Assembly: GCA_011109175.1 (NCBI GenBank)
Contig: RDEW01000051.1
Coordinates: 267,812-331,811, forward strand
Length of the DNA stretch: 64,000 nt
Reading direction: 5' to 3'
DNA from: Dicyema japonicum
Taxonomy: Eukaryota > Animalia > Dicyemida
Position numbers and translations under genes: made by a program. Positions 11,884 through 23,240 of the stretch are shown here, in pieces. Within the stretch, counting starts at the first letter, position 1. Each line of letters opens with the position of its first letter. Below the pieces are notes generated by a model. That model was not told the DNA's origin. It did not search any database and saw only the letters and a list, made by a program, of their open reading frames with translations.

Positions 11884-13636
11884 TCATAGTTTTTTGCTTG
11901 GTGTATCACTACTGGCAAAACTCGAACAGAATTGTGGGTTTGCTAATAATGATTGGTGGAAATGAACGTCGATCCAATTCCCATTCTTTTTGTGCCACAC
12001 GTGAGTTTCCTCAATCCGAGTGACCGTGAGTTTATCACTAAATGTCAAATACACCAACTTTTCCAAAGATTGAGTGAGTCTTATGAAGGCTATTAATCCG
12101 ATATCCTTGGACAACATCTTCACTTGGGGATTCAGCATTGTTACGCTCATGGAATTCTCCGACCGTCTGTCTGCTAATATTAAATCAAATAAGTTTAGAA
12201 TTCACATTTAAACTGAAACTTGTGGTACTCCAGACCATAGTAGAGATTCCCCAGAGTCCCTGGCTCGTAGAACGTGAGAGAGGGGTCCACGAATTTTCTA
12301 CGCTTTGCAATTCAGAAAACTGAAACGCCAAAAAGTTTCGATTGATGATACAACTGAGGAGTTTCTCAGTGGAACGGACGATTTCCTGCTTTTCATCTAA
12401 ATTGGACAAATTCGGAGACTTTGAAAGACGTCGGAATCCTCGTTTTTCGAAGTGTGCATGTTACAGCCTATAATTATTTTTCAATAGACATGCCAATTCT
12501 GAATTTATTCGCAGCCAACAGCGTATAAGCCGTTCCCTGCTTAAATAAAGCAAATAACCTTAATTTTTCTTCGGGCGTTGAAATTCCTTAGATTCTGCAG
12601 CGTGTTCTGCTTGTGATAGGTGGAGACGATTTTTTCCGGATTCTAAAGTTAGCAAGTCGCAAACCTTTACCCAGGCGTGACTGAGGACCTCCTTTGCGGT
12701 CAGACGCAATTTGGGGTCCGTTATTAGGAGGTTCATGATCAAGTTCTTGGCGGACTCTGTAGTATTGTCCCAGTCGGGGGAATGGAACTTAACGTGAGGA
12801 ATCATAGGAAACTGAATAATTTCCGTCGACGATCATTTGAAACAGCTTTTCGTTTTTTCGGTCATAAAAAGGTTGGTACCCGGCCAATAATATATAAAGT
12901 ATCACTCCACACGCCCACATGTCGATGGGGTACCCGTAAGGCTTTCTCAGCACTAACTCTGGTGAAACATATCCCGGAGTTCCGGCGAATCCGTGAAACT
13001 TCCACTCATCGTCGACAGTCTTTATTGCCAGGCCAAAGTCGGCGATTTTGATGACCTTTCCGGAGATTAGTAGATTCTCAGGCTTCAAGCATTTTACCAA
13101 CCCCACCTTTAAATCTGCGTGAATTATATTCTTGGAGTGACAGTAATTGAGGCCCTCACAAATTTGACGCATCACCTCACTAAACTGAAATGTCCCCACT
13201 ACCTCGCGTCAGGTTCCGTGTAGCTTTCCCGAGAAACGATGTCATCAAAAAGCTCACCGTCGGGACCCTAAAATTACATATTTTTCAAAACAGCTCGAAG
13301 ATTAAGTAAAAGTGATCTTGGTTTCTGAAGACGTCGCAAAGGAGGACTGCGAACTAACAAACTCGGGGTACCAATATTTTTGTGATTTAGTGAAGAGCAA
13401 ATTTCGATCTCTTTTTCGATGTTTTTGTAACCCAAATAAATTTAAATTATGTTACTTTCGGAATTTAAATTTTTTGTCGCTATTATTTTTGCCGCAAACT
13501 TGTCCCCCGTTAACTTGTGAATGCACATTTTTACAACGGAGAATCCACCTCTAGGAAATACAAACAATCTGATTTACGAGCCAATTTCTCTATCGAATAC
13601 GTAATTGTTATGAACGTCGACAGTGTTGTCATTCAT
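11884..13636 (-). CDS. CAMK2: Calcium/calmodulin-dependent protein kinase II (kinase, regulatory and hub domains)
   Basis: GGFSVVK..FAAKII, GELFDDIVSRE, HADLKPEN, DFGLA, FAGTPGY.SPE, HKQNTLQNLRNFNARRKIKG and hub FVDPSLTFYEP..EETHVWHKKNGNWIDVHFH; introns 21-25 nt where resolved. Confidence 0.95.
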
Positions 13637-13849
13637 TTTTACAAAATAAACAATAATATACTATTGACTTGTAAGTGCTATTACCCCACATAATTTAAAT
13701 AAGAATTTTGGCTCTATTTTGAATTAGGTTTGCCAGGAAAATAAAATTTTAATATTAAAAAATAATAAGATTAACGTAATTTAATAATATAATTTTAATA
13801 TATATAAATAATTTTAATTAATCAATTTAAATTAATGTTTTGCTTTCTG

Positions 13850-15370
13850 GCTGAATGCATAGTGGTTAGGTTATCGGACTAAAGTGGCTTAGGTCACGGG
13901 TTCGATTCTCGCAGCTGTTCACCTAGTGGAAGGTTCCACGCATCTACGTTGTGGAAAGGCTTGACGAGTGACGCCGTCATCAGTGGAGATTCCTTGCGGA
14001 ACTTATTTTTTATTTAAACACCAAGACCACGGTAAAACCAAAACTAACTATCACGTGATCCCGATGCGCTCCGCCAAAATCCTCATTCTTTCCCGGTGCT
14101 CCTCCTTCGTACCCACACAAGCTCGTACGCGGCTACCTTCCCGCATGCCGGAGTTTTGTTTAATGAGGGCCTCCAGAGTTGTCGGTCCGGTTTTGTGTCT
14201 CCCACAAGACCACCGCTCCGTCATTCTGAACGCCTTCTTTTGAACGTCCTCATTTTCTTAGTGTTCGTCCATGATAATGAAGGTCCCCACGAAGCACACG
14301 CGTACGAGAAGCATGGTTCGATGTATTGTTTGTAAATGTTCATCAAGACCGGGTGGGTACCTGTCTTCCATATTCCAGATAAACATTTTAATACATTGAT
14401 CCTCTTCTCGTACTTCAGAACAATGTTTCCACGTGTGGTGACAAACATAAGTGCGTATCCAGTGTCACGCCCAGGATCTTCTGACATTTGGTGAAGGGGA
14501 TTTCAATGTTGTCCAATTTTAACTTGGCAGTCATCTTCCTCAACCTTTTGTCCAAAGTAAACATAGACGTGACAGACTTTCTGGAATTTATCGTGAGTCG
14601 GTTCTTCATTACCCAGGCGTTGAGTCGGTCAAGGTTAATTTGTAATCTTTCTGTAGCATTTTGGATATCCCGATCACGCGAGGCTAAAACAATGTCGTCC
14701 GCATATGTGAGTAGAACATCGTTATTGGATTCCGGTGTCGGAGGTCGGCCAGGTATAAATTGAATAAGGCGGGGATAAAGGAGATCCTTGGGGGACACCG
14801 TTTGTTAAAAGACGCGAGACTGATTTCAGTCCTCCGAGGCATACACGCCCCTCCGTCCACTTAAGAAATTTGTTATCCAAAGTTTGCGCGTTTCCGGGAT
14901 CTCGGACTGGTAAATTTTCTTTGATAATATTTTTCTCGAAATAGAATCAAAGGCCTTGTTAATATCAATGGAACATAAAACTGGTTCAAATGCCTTGGTT
15001 TGTTTAAAAATCCATCTCTAATGAAGTTTGTTAATTTCTGTAGGTACATTGATGTAGAGCAATCGCTCTTGAATCCGTGTTGAAAATCCTTTTCTGGTAA
15101 GAAAACCTTGATTCTCCCAAGCACAAGCCTCTCCAGGATTTTCGATATGGAACATAACAATGACACAGGTCTAAATGATGCCGGATCTTTTTACAGCGGA
15201 ACTGGATAGTCAAAAGGACATACACTCAAGAAAAAGAAAAAACAAAGAAGTGAAGAGCATTCCTTGGTTCTCCCTCTACGATTAGTTATAATAACTGTTC
15301 TTTACTTAAATAAAATGTGTGTTCTGCACGAGCGAAACCCTAGGAATCTTACGTGCTTATGGAAACGGGG
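13850..15370 (+). mobile_element. tRNA-derived SINE family B copy split by a LINE insertion (SINE parts 13850-14003 and 15196-15370)
   Basis: Head GCATAGTGGTTAGG..GGTTCGATTCTCG; the two halves rejoin at duplicated GCGGAACT to match the intact copy at 28134. Confidence 0.85.
14004..15195 (-). mobile_element. 5'-truncated I-group LINE (RT domain to 3' end) with 8-bp TSD
   Basis: SLLCSISKILER, DFQHGF, YADDI, KILGVTLDTH, IYKQYIEPCFSYACASW, IGIT-stop; flanked by GCGGAACT at 13996-14003 and 15196-15203. Confidence 0.9.
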
Positions 15371-15501
15371 TAGTGCTAAATTATATTTAATATATTCTGG
15401 CAACGTCTGATGACATCGGATCTGAAGGTCGTGGGTCCGAATCCGAGGTATGAAGTTTTCAGTGAAGGTCAATTCTTGTCAAGGTTTTTCGATGATATAG
15501 A

Positions 15502-16296
15502 CAAGTGGTTCCCAACCTTAAGGTGCTCGCGAAACCTTTGGGTTAGTTGATTTTTTGGGGAACCCTAAAAATTCAATTATTACAATTTTCACATAAAACA
15601 TAATTGTAATAATCAAAAACAATTTTAATGTGAAAATTGAGGTAACTTTTCATCATAGTTTTGTAACGCTAGGAGTTATTGTTGACCAGTGTATCCTCAT
15701 ATCAGGGAGGTTTCGGTAGATGTACATATTGAAAACCCGACTCACATAAGTAAGTCGCAGGGAAAGGTAATATTTAAGATGTTGATATTAAATTGATGTT
15801 AGATTTGCAGGTATTACTTTAACTTTGAACGGATTTTAAACCCAAACGTCATCAAATTTATCCGGAAAATATTTCGCAATGTTATCATCCAGAATTACCA
15901 AATGATCTTTGATGTCCTGAAGTACTGCATCATCCAATCCCCATTTTGATTCATCAAGATCTCTGCAGAATGGCAAAGCATTTAATGTTATTTTAATACG
16001 GATGATCGTCAAAATTTGTTCTCCATAATGCATCTTTTTTTGAACATGGCTTTATAAGATACCCCCTCAATTGTATGTGCCTCTCCACAGCGTGCTACAA
16101 GATAACCCACCTGTTTTAATTAAAATAATTCAATTACTTCATAGGATGCTCCTGGTCGATTTTAGGTTGTCGTCTTTCGCAAAATGTGACATTTCCAAAT
16201 TGCACCTGTAAATAATAATTGAAACTATTATTAAATAATTTATAATAAATTTCGCGGAAATTTGGGGTTCCCCGGAACCCAGGTTGGGAACCATTG
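15502..16296 (-). mobile_element. hAT (Buster/Charlie-type) internally deleted DNA transposon
   Basis: TIRs CAAGTGGTTCCCAACCT / AGGTTGGGAACCATTG; minus-strand relics KDHLVILDDNIAKYFP..VW..NPF and LPFPATYLCESGFS; no matching TSD. Confidence 0.85.
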
Positions 16297-16910
16297 ATGG
16301 ATCGTTTGACAACATTTAGTCAACAAAAATTAAATGAATCTGAAGCTGAAAACTGGGATTTGAAGGGGACTAAGGTTCTTCTGAAATGTGCCATTCCGCT
16401 TAACAAATTATCAATGCCTTTGTTCATTGATATTTTCAAATGCAACCAAATTTCTCTTCCTTTGCAATCGCAAGCAAGGAACTGTGCCAAATATATTACA
16501 AACGAATACATAGCTTCGTTCTGGGGCATATTCAAGTATTTCATAAAATTTTATTTTCTAGAGAACAAAAAATTTTCGCGATAACCGATGAAACTCAAAT
16601 CCGAACAAACGATATGTCGCGGTTTTGATGGGATGAATCAAACTGCCTAAAATTACTTATTTCAGAAAATCTTGTCCAGAAGTAGATGATGTGATAGCTA
16701 GCGTACAAGCTTCCATTAGGAAGAACAAAAAGCGAAAATTGCCGTTTTCCGAAATTGGAAATCCTCCCAAAGTCGTATTGACGAGATGGGGTACCTGGTT
16801 GAAGGGTGCATTTTTTATAAAAAATTTAATCCCAGTGATTAACATTTTTGAGTTAATTGAGGACGAAGGCATTTTAGTAACTTCTACGAAGAATGATACC
16901 ACTGGCAACT
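16297..16910 (+). mobile_element. hAT transposase relic of the CGGBP1-like group
   Basis: CAIPLNKL, ITDET and PPKVVLTRWGTWLKGA resemble the IPL.KL / IDETTD / PP.P..TRWGTW motifs; fragmented. Confidence 0.7.
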
Positions 16911-16924
16911 AAAAGAACCACAAT

Positions 16925-17992
16925 GCCCTGTCAACCTGTTCAACGACCTCTGGGAAGTCGGACTGGATGATGGCGACTATCGAGCAGGCGCATAGCTTTC
17001 GCTCTCAAAGATCGGATTGGCTACTCCTCGTTGGGGACATCGAACAAAACCCCAGCCTCCACAAGAACCGGAAATCCCTCAATGTCATGCAATTTCACAT
17101 AAACGGCCTTGCACACAAATCAATCAATCGTCCGCGGTGACCGACCTAATTCAAACATGGGAGGCGATATACTCATCCTTATACACAGGTCTATTCCTTT
17201 CTGTGACACTTCTACACACGCTCTGATTGAAGGTGACAATCACACGACAAAAAATCACACACTCGGATAGCTTCCAGAGCCGGACACTCCAATACATATC
17301 TGGACCTCACTATGTTCTCCATATCCTGGAAAGTTATATATGACCTCCACTCTGACCATAATCCAACTCTTCTGTCAATCGAACAACTCTCGTCTTGGTT
17401 AAGCACCGGAAAACCATAATAAATTACAGACGTGCGAATGAGATTCATTCCGTGGAAAAAACGGAACAATTGCTATCCGATATTCCGTTGAGAATTTCAA
17501 ATCGCTTGATGCCGCAGTAAATTTTTTGGTTATCCTCAGTGTCGACAAGAAACACACTCCAAGAGAACTCATTGCTGACTATAATCCCAATTTCTCTAAG
17601 GAAGTTGTTGAAAAGATTCATACAAGACGCCGACTCAAAAAATCAAAAATTCCTAACTAATTTCTAAAGTCTTCACTAAAAGCCTCAAGAAGCTGAACGT
17701 AACTTCGCGGAAGCTACGACCCTAGTTGCGGAAACGGATTCCTTCGCATCTGTGAGGAACCCGTTTCGCCTGACCATTTCAAGACTAAAGAAGACCGATT
17801 TATTAAAAGTTCCCCCTCTTTAATCGGATTCCTCTCCATGAATAAGAGAATACTCTTTCGTACGGTAGTGGGAATAGTGGAAGACCACAGAGGTTGGATG
17901 GCTCGGTTGATTACGGAACTGTGATTACCTAACTGTCTTCCGTTGTTCTGTCTTTTTTTCTCGGTGATCCCGAGGTTCTAATAATAATATTA
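16925..17992 (+). mobile_element. I-group LINE with both ends and a large internal deletion (2A-like + APE + 3' end, no RT)
   Basis: MMAT..LLLVGDIEQNPSL..LNVMQFHINGL, DLHSDHNP, then NPFRLTI..VVGIVEDHRGWMARLI.. and tail TTCTCGGTGATCCCGAGGTTCTAATAATAAT. Confidence 0.8.
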
Positions 17993-18307
17993 GCCTGTTT
18001 GCTCCTGTGGAAGTGTATTTCTCGACGACTGAAATCCTATTTGTCATTTTCTCATTTTTTTTATTTCTAAAAAAGTAATTTTATTGTTAAAAACTATAAA
18101 CCGCAGAAAATTTCACTTTAAAGATCAATCACTTGCGGATAAGTAATTCCTCAAGATCACCACTAAAGTTCTTGACTCTGGCAGACTGTTTCACCGAAAA
18201 TGTTAGATGTTAGGATGAACCCAATTGTGAGATCCTAGAAGTAGTAGCTTTCTCGGAATATTGGGGATCTCCCATTCTATTCGGGCTGTATGCCATTTTT
18301 AGCTGTA

Positions 18308-19226
18308 CAGTCCGACCTCTAATTGGGCCATTATGTGCCCCAATTAGAGGTTTCCCAAAACAGAGGTTTTTTTTTCGTCCTCAATTATCCCTTTCTCGTT
18401 TCTCTCAGACGTCTGACGTTTTCCATATAGCTCGATAAATAAAAAAAGAACATTTTTTAAGTAGTCAGTTATGTTGTCTCTTATTTATTTTTATTCCTTC
18501 CGATGGCGTCATTGGATCCACCTTACTGAAGAGACGCCCAATCCCTGGCCGGCATCAAGCGGATCCAATTATTCTTCCCCTGGGGACATCGTCGTTCCCT
18601 GGAGACAAGTTCAGGAACGAGTCAATGAGTTACCTTGGTTATCCTTGGTCTTTGGAATAAGTTTAATTTTTAATGAAGATATTCTGGAATCAAATCAAAA
18701 ATATTGTCGACAAATTTTTTGCCAGCGTTAGAAATAATTTCAGCAGATACATTACTGTTCCACTTTAATTTGAATAGAGATTCGATTAAAAAAATTCTGG
18801 TGGTATTGAAACATGAGAAATCGATTAGAAAGCTTAAATAATCATCTTTGAAATTTTTAATGATTCCAATGGTGAAGAAATGGCGTCGTATTTTTTAGCA
18901 AAAATAAAAAAAATCGATACTACTAAACGTTGATATTTTGTGACAGACAGCGTTATCCAATGACATTAAGATTTTTCTTTTTTAAAATCATTTTTTATTA
19001 ATTTTTTGAAGTTTCTTGTTATCCACGCATTTTTGGACAGAGTTTAAAATTCCATAAATTTTAGGAGAAAATATAATAAAAAATTAATGCTCCAAATAGA
19101 AGTTCTAAATTTAATTGATTTGTCATATTTTTGGTAGAAATTTTATAGAGCGTCCCAAAAAACTGAGTTTTCCACAAAAATAGAGGTGCCCCACATCGGA
19201 AGTGCGCATAAATAGAGGTCGGACTG
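18308..19226. mobile_element. Tc1/mariner-pogo-like MITE with TA TSD
   Basis: TA|CAGTCCGACCTCTAATT...AAATAGAGGTCGGACTG|TA; subterminal hairpin CCTCTAATTGGG..CCCAATTAGAGG. Confidence 0.85.
18500..18655 (+). mobile_element. SINE family A, tail variant A3, inserted in the MITE
   Basis: Core 18505-18567; tail aligns with 55015-55110 (reverse). Confidence 0.75.
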
Positions 19227-19689
19227 TACCATGGTTTTCTATGCTACTGCTGCAGTAAATTAGTCGATCAACAACGAGGCAATTGGATCAGCCATTGTAT
19301 AATCAACGCGATTGTACAGTGGTGTATCTTCTACTTGGGAGATAGTCATCGTGTCTTTTGGGGGAACGTGTTCGATTGTTGAATGACGCTGATATAGTAG
19401 TAAAGTTCTAAAGACCTTTTTTAGTTGGCACACTTAGGCTTGTTTTTGTATTTAAAAACCCGCCAACCTAACACACCGATTAATTAATTTCCCCGACCGC
19501 TCACTGCCATCTCAATCTCTGACTCCGTTAATCTGCTGGTTTTTTGAATACGGCAGGTCGAGCGACAAAGATCCGATCTTCTTGAGGACATGGTCAAATT
19601 CACAGAGACATCTCCCAATCATAATCAGCTATGACCTCACAATCTTGTCTATGAGAACAAAAACTCAATAGTTAAGTACTGTGCAGTTT

Positions 19690-19810
19690 AAACAAATCAT
19701 ACTTGCTGGATAGTTGGTCAAGACTTCTTCCTCTGTTTTCCATGTGGAGTCACGTAGTCTATCTGTGCCATGGCGTCAGTATTATTTGAATTTCTCCACT
19801 CAACTGGACC
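19690..19810 (-). other. Possible chromodomain relic (chromovirus-like)
   Basis: EKFKxYxRHGTDRLRDSTWKTEEEV (x = stop) resembles chromo EYLVKW.G....STWEPEENL; motif only. Confidence 0.25.
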
Positions 19811-19949
19811 ACTCTTTATGATGGTTCTCACAAATGCAACCCACTGGGCCTGTATATGGACTGTTCTGTGATTATTTAAAGACCAAAAAGAGAAAATACG
19901 ACCATTACTGGTCCCAGCTTAGAAACCACCTCATCCCCTCCCGGTATTC

Positions 19950-20335
19950 CTCACTCAATTATGCCCATCTTTTGTAGGTTCGTGCTACTGGCAGGGGTTC
20001 ACGTAATATGAACCACCCACCCGTTCTCCTCACAAAAGTCTCGAATAGGGTGGGGCCTATCAAGGAAGACGAAAACTTCTCGAGACGTCCTGGAAGTCCT
20101 TGATTTCCTTTGAATTTGTTTCTAACAAATTTGTACCCCAGGTGGTGCAACCATAGCTAATGGTTGGCTCAATGTAATGGTTATGTAGGGAACCTATCGT
20201 CGAGGAGAAAGAGTTCTCGTATTGTCAGGGGACAGCCTTTATGAATTCGTGTTTTGCTTGGCAAGAGGACAATTGCTTGTTTGTCTTCCAATGTTCATGA
20301 GGGAGTCAAACGTGACACTCAATATTTTTACTGCG
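19950..20335 (-). mobile_element. I-group LINE C-terminal fragment
   Basis: VTFDSLM..HYIEPTISYGCTTWGTNL. Confidence 0.7.
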
Positions 20336-20467
20336 TTCTTGAGAGAAGTTTTTAAGCAGCGATTTTCGATGGTTGCGTATTTTATTCTAATATTTTAATA
20401 TTAATATAATTATTTTTAATATAATAAATTAGATAATAAATATTAATAAAATTAAATCCTTATACAA

Positions 20468-21032
20468 ATGGATATGTCTCTCGACTTTATACCAATGTGC
20501 TATATTTGCGGGACTTTCAGTGATATGTACTGGAATTACACCAAGAACTCCAATTTATTGTGCAGAAAATGCAGTGTGGAAACAAATACGATTAGTTGTG
20601 ACAAAAATAAACCCAAAAAGGAACAGTCCTCCCTTAAAACTGAAACAATTCGTCTGAATGGCCACAGATCTAAGAAGAGAAGTCGAAGATCAAATTTGGA
20701 TTGTGTGGTTAACTCCCAGAGAGTCGACAAACGAGTTCTCTGGGCTGATTATAACGTATTTGGTTCTGTTTATGCTAGAATGCCAGATTCTGTGTGGGGG
20801 ACGTTGTTTCCTTTAACGGAGAGGGACGAAAGTTCTATGCTCTAATTCGCTCCATTTGGGAAACGCCCACAAATGAGTTGTTTATTAAGGTTAGATGGCT
20901 GATTCCTACACGTGGGATCGATAAAATGGACGACTTTGACTTTGGTAAGCCTCCGCCTACAACTTAGGTCCCGATGACGACAAACTCTATGCAATTGAGT
21001 ATGCGACTCCCTTCCTTAAATATGAATTTTAA
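20468..21032 (+). CDS. GATAD1: GATA zinc finger domain-containing protein 1
   Basis: CYIC..W..LCRKC GATA-type finger plus C-terminal FCVGDVVSF..FYALIR..WLIPT..GPDDD, matching GATAD1 (YQIGDVVS..YYAQIR..WLIPT..GPEED); 23-nt intron gtaagc..cttag. Confidence 0.88.
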
Positions 21033-21904
21033 TTTTATTATTTTTCAATAAATTAAATAGTTTTGTTTAAAATTTTTTGTAAGCTGCTTCTCCACTGGAC
21101 GGTTCCTGTTAGAGTTCCCCCAATTTGAGTCAGGGAATTCGAACCCATTACTGGTGGGTCTGATGCTTCCTTATTTTGAAATTTTCTTGTTCAAATTCTT
21201 CCAAATTTGGACAGGGGGAATCGAACTCAATATAAGTGGGTCCGATGCATCCAGGTCTCTCCTGAGTCCGTTAAGAATGGGAGAGGTTGTTGAGTTTGTA
21301 GTTTTGAAGACACTATACGAGATAATATTCTGAAGAGCCATCGTCCTCAATTATCCCTTTCTCGTTTCTCTCAGACGTCTGACGTTAACAAAACACGTGA
21401 GGCTAAGAACTTACGGCGACTCAGCTGAGACAGGTTGGAAGAAGTAATCGTGGATGATTAGGACGCACGTCGGATCAGAATGCTCTTGTAGGTGAATTAA
21501 TACTCACAGAACACTATTTGGACACGTGTCAACTAGGAAATAGTTAACGTGTTAGGTCCACTATATTTGATTGCTTGTGGATAAAGCGGCTATCAAACCA
21601 CCAGAAACTGAATTCCACCTCTGATACTATCTTCATCATTTATTCACGGGGGAAGGACTACGAGACTCGTTGTCATTTAGTCAATTCGAAATTGTCTTAT
21701 CTGCTTGTAGCCGTAAACGTAGAATATATTAAAAAATTACGCTTGTTTTGGAGATTCAATATCCAAAAAATCGATTTCTCAGGCAAATTTCAAAGAACTT
21801 GAAATTTTTTCTAAACAGGTTCAGATTCGAACCTACCTACTAGACAATATTACTAATCCACGTAGGAGAAGCCCACTAGACCTCGGGGATGTAATCGAGT
21901 TTGG

Positions 21905-22140
21905 AAGGGACATCCAGTTCCCACGGTCGGAGTGAGACGAATCTTTTCAAAGCATCACGCCAATCCATATCCGCTATTGTGGAACCCTTCCGATGGGATA
22001 GGAAAAAGAGATCCTGTCGGATGCCAGATATACACTGGGAGTCTTCCGAGACGGGTGGACCACATGACGTAAAGCAGAGAGGAACCCTTCATTGGTGTGG
22101 GAATCAAGCCAGCAAATCTCTACAGCATTAACCACTGTGT
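21905..22140 (-). mobile_element. SINE family A, tRNA-headed (A2)
   Basis: Head ACACAGTGGTTAA..GGCTTGATTCCC; shared core; tail CCGACCGTGGGAACTGGA. Confidence 0.75.
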
Positions 22141-22341
22141 TATCCATTTCCCCCGGTCGGAGTGGGACGTACCCTTACCAAGATGACGTCCTTTTAAGTA
22201 TTCGCCATTATGGGACCCTTACCTAAAGTAGATAAGAGGGGGATCCTAATTTGATATCTCCCAGGTATTGGGGGATTCTTGAGTGAGTGACTCGGCTAAT
22301 GTTTATTACTTGGGGGGATAAAGCTTACTAGATGTTTACTC

Positions 22342-22958
22342 CAGGCATGTCAAACTCAAAAAGCTCCCGGGTCCGCATTAGATAATTTGAGTATACAAGC
22401 GGGCCACACTGACAAATCTGAAAAACTCCGTAACCTAATTGATTCATTTGGAAGTCTACTACACACATAGGTGGAACCGAACATTACCATAATCCTCGTT
22501 GAAAACTTTATGAAGTTTGTACACTTTTCAGGAAGGTTTGAATAGAACCCCCACTTATAGGTATTTTTCTGAGTGTAGAATCAGATTGCATTTCTAATAG
22601 TTCCATTTCATGTGTAAGTTGTGACTTCCATAAGCTTGCACACTTGCTGTCGTCACACGAGTGAGTGCTGAGGTTGTCTTGTAATTTCAGATTAAGATCA
22701 CTCAATGTTCAGTAAAGTCCACAGCCAAAGCTAGATCCTGGATCCAAAGGACAGTATCTTTGTTCTGGAAACGTTGGTATATAAGGGCGAGAGTAAAGCT
22801 TAATCATATGAACGTCTTCTGACCACGTGGAAAGCTCATAACCGCTTTCTGTCAATTTTGTTTCAATTACGCGGTCCGCCCCAATGTTGTCGACTGTATA
22901 ACATTCCCATGAGCGAGCACACGTCTGCTAGCAAAGGGCTGCGCGATTGACATGCCTG
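22342..22958 (-). mobile_element. hAT (SPIN/GTF2IRD2-like Buster) non-autonomous element
   Basis: TIRs CAGGCATGTCAA / TTGACATGCCTG; flanks GTTTACTC and GTTTACAT (6/8 TSD, central TA); relic DLNLKLQ..MELLEMQSDS. Confidence 0.85.
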
Positions 22959-23240
22959 GTTTACATAATTTATTAACCGCATAACTTGGAGATTAAGTTC
23001 TGTAAGGGGAAACATCCATCCCGTTAAAAAATGCCACTCTGAAGTAAGCACAACAGTGCATTTAATCATTAATTAAATTTATTGAATCAGAAAACCACCG
23101 TCCTAACCATTATTTAAAAATTAATTAAATTATGTTAATTAAATCCAGAATTTCCAGAATCCAGAATTTTGGAGTTTGTGGGTAGGAGAATCTATCAGAT
23201 ATATATTAATTTTGTTAAGTGAGTCGTAGTAGAATGAATT

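Noticed and set aside
16920-16970. HDV-like ribozyme at the 5' end of the 2A-bearing LINE (also 25265-25310)
   Set aside because: Only faint similarity to the SINE core (ACCTGT..GAC..GGATGA); no consistent P1/P2 pairing can be drawn in these decayed copies, so a family consensus is needed.
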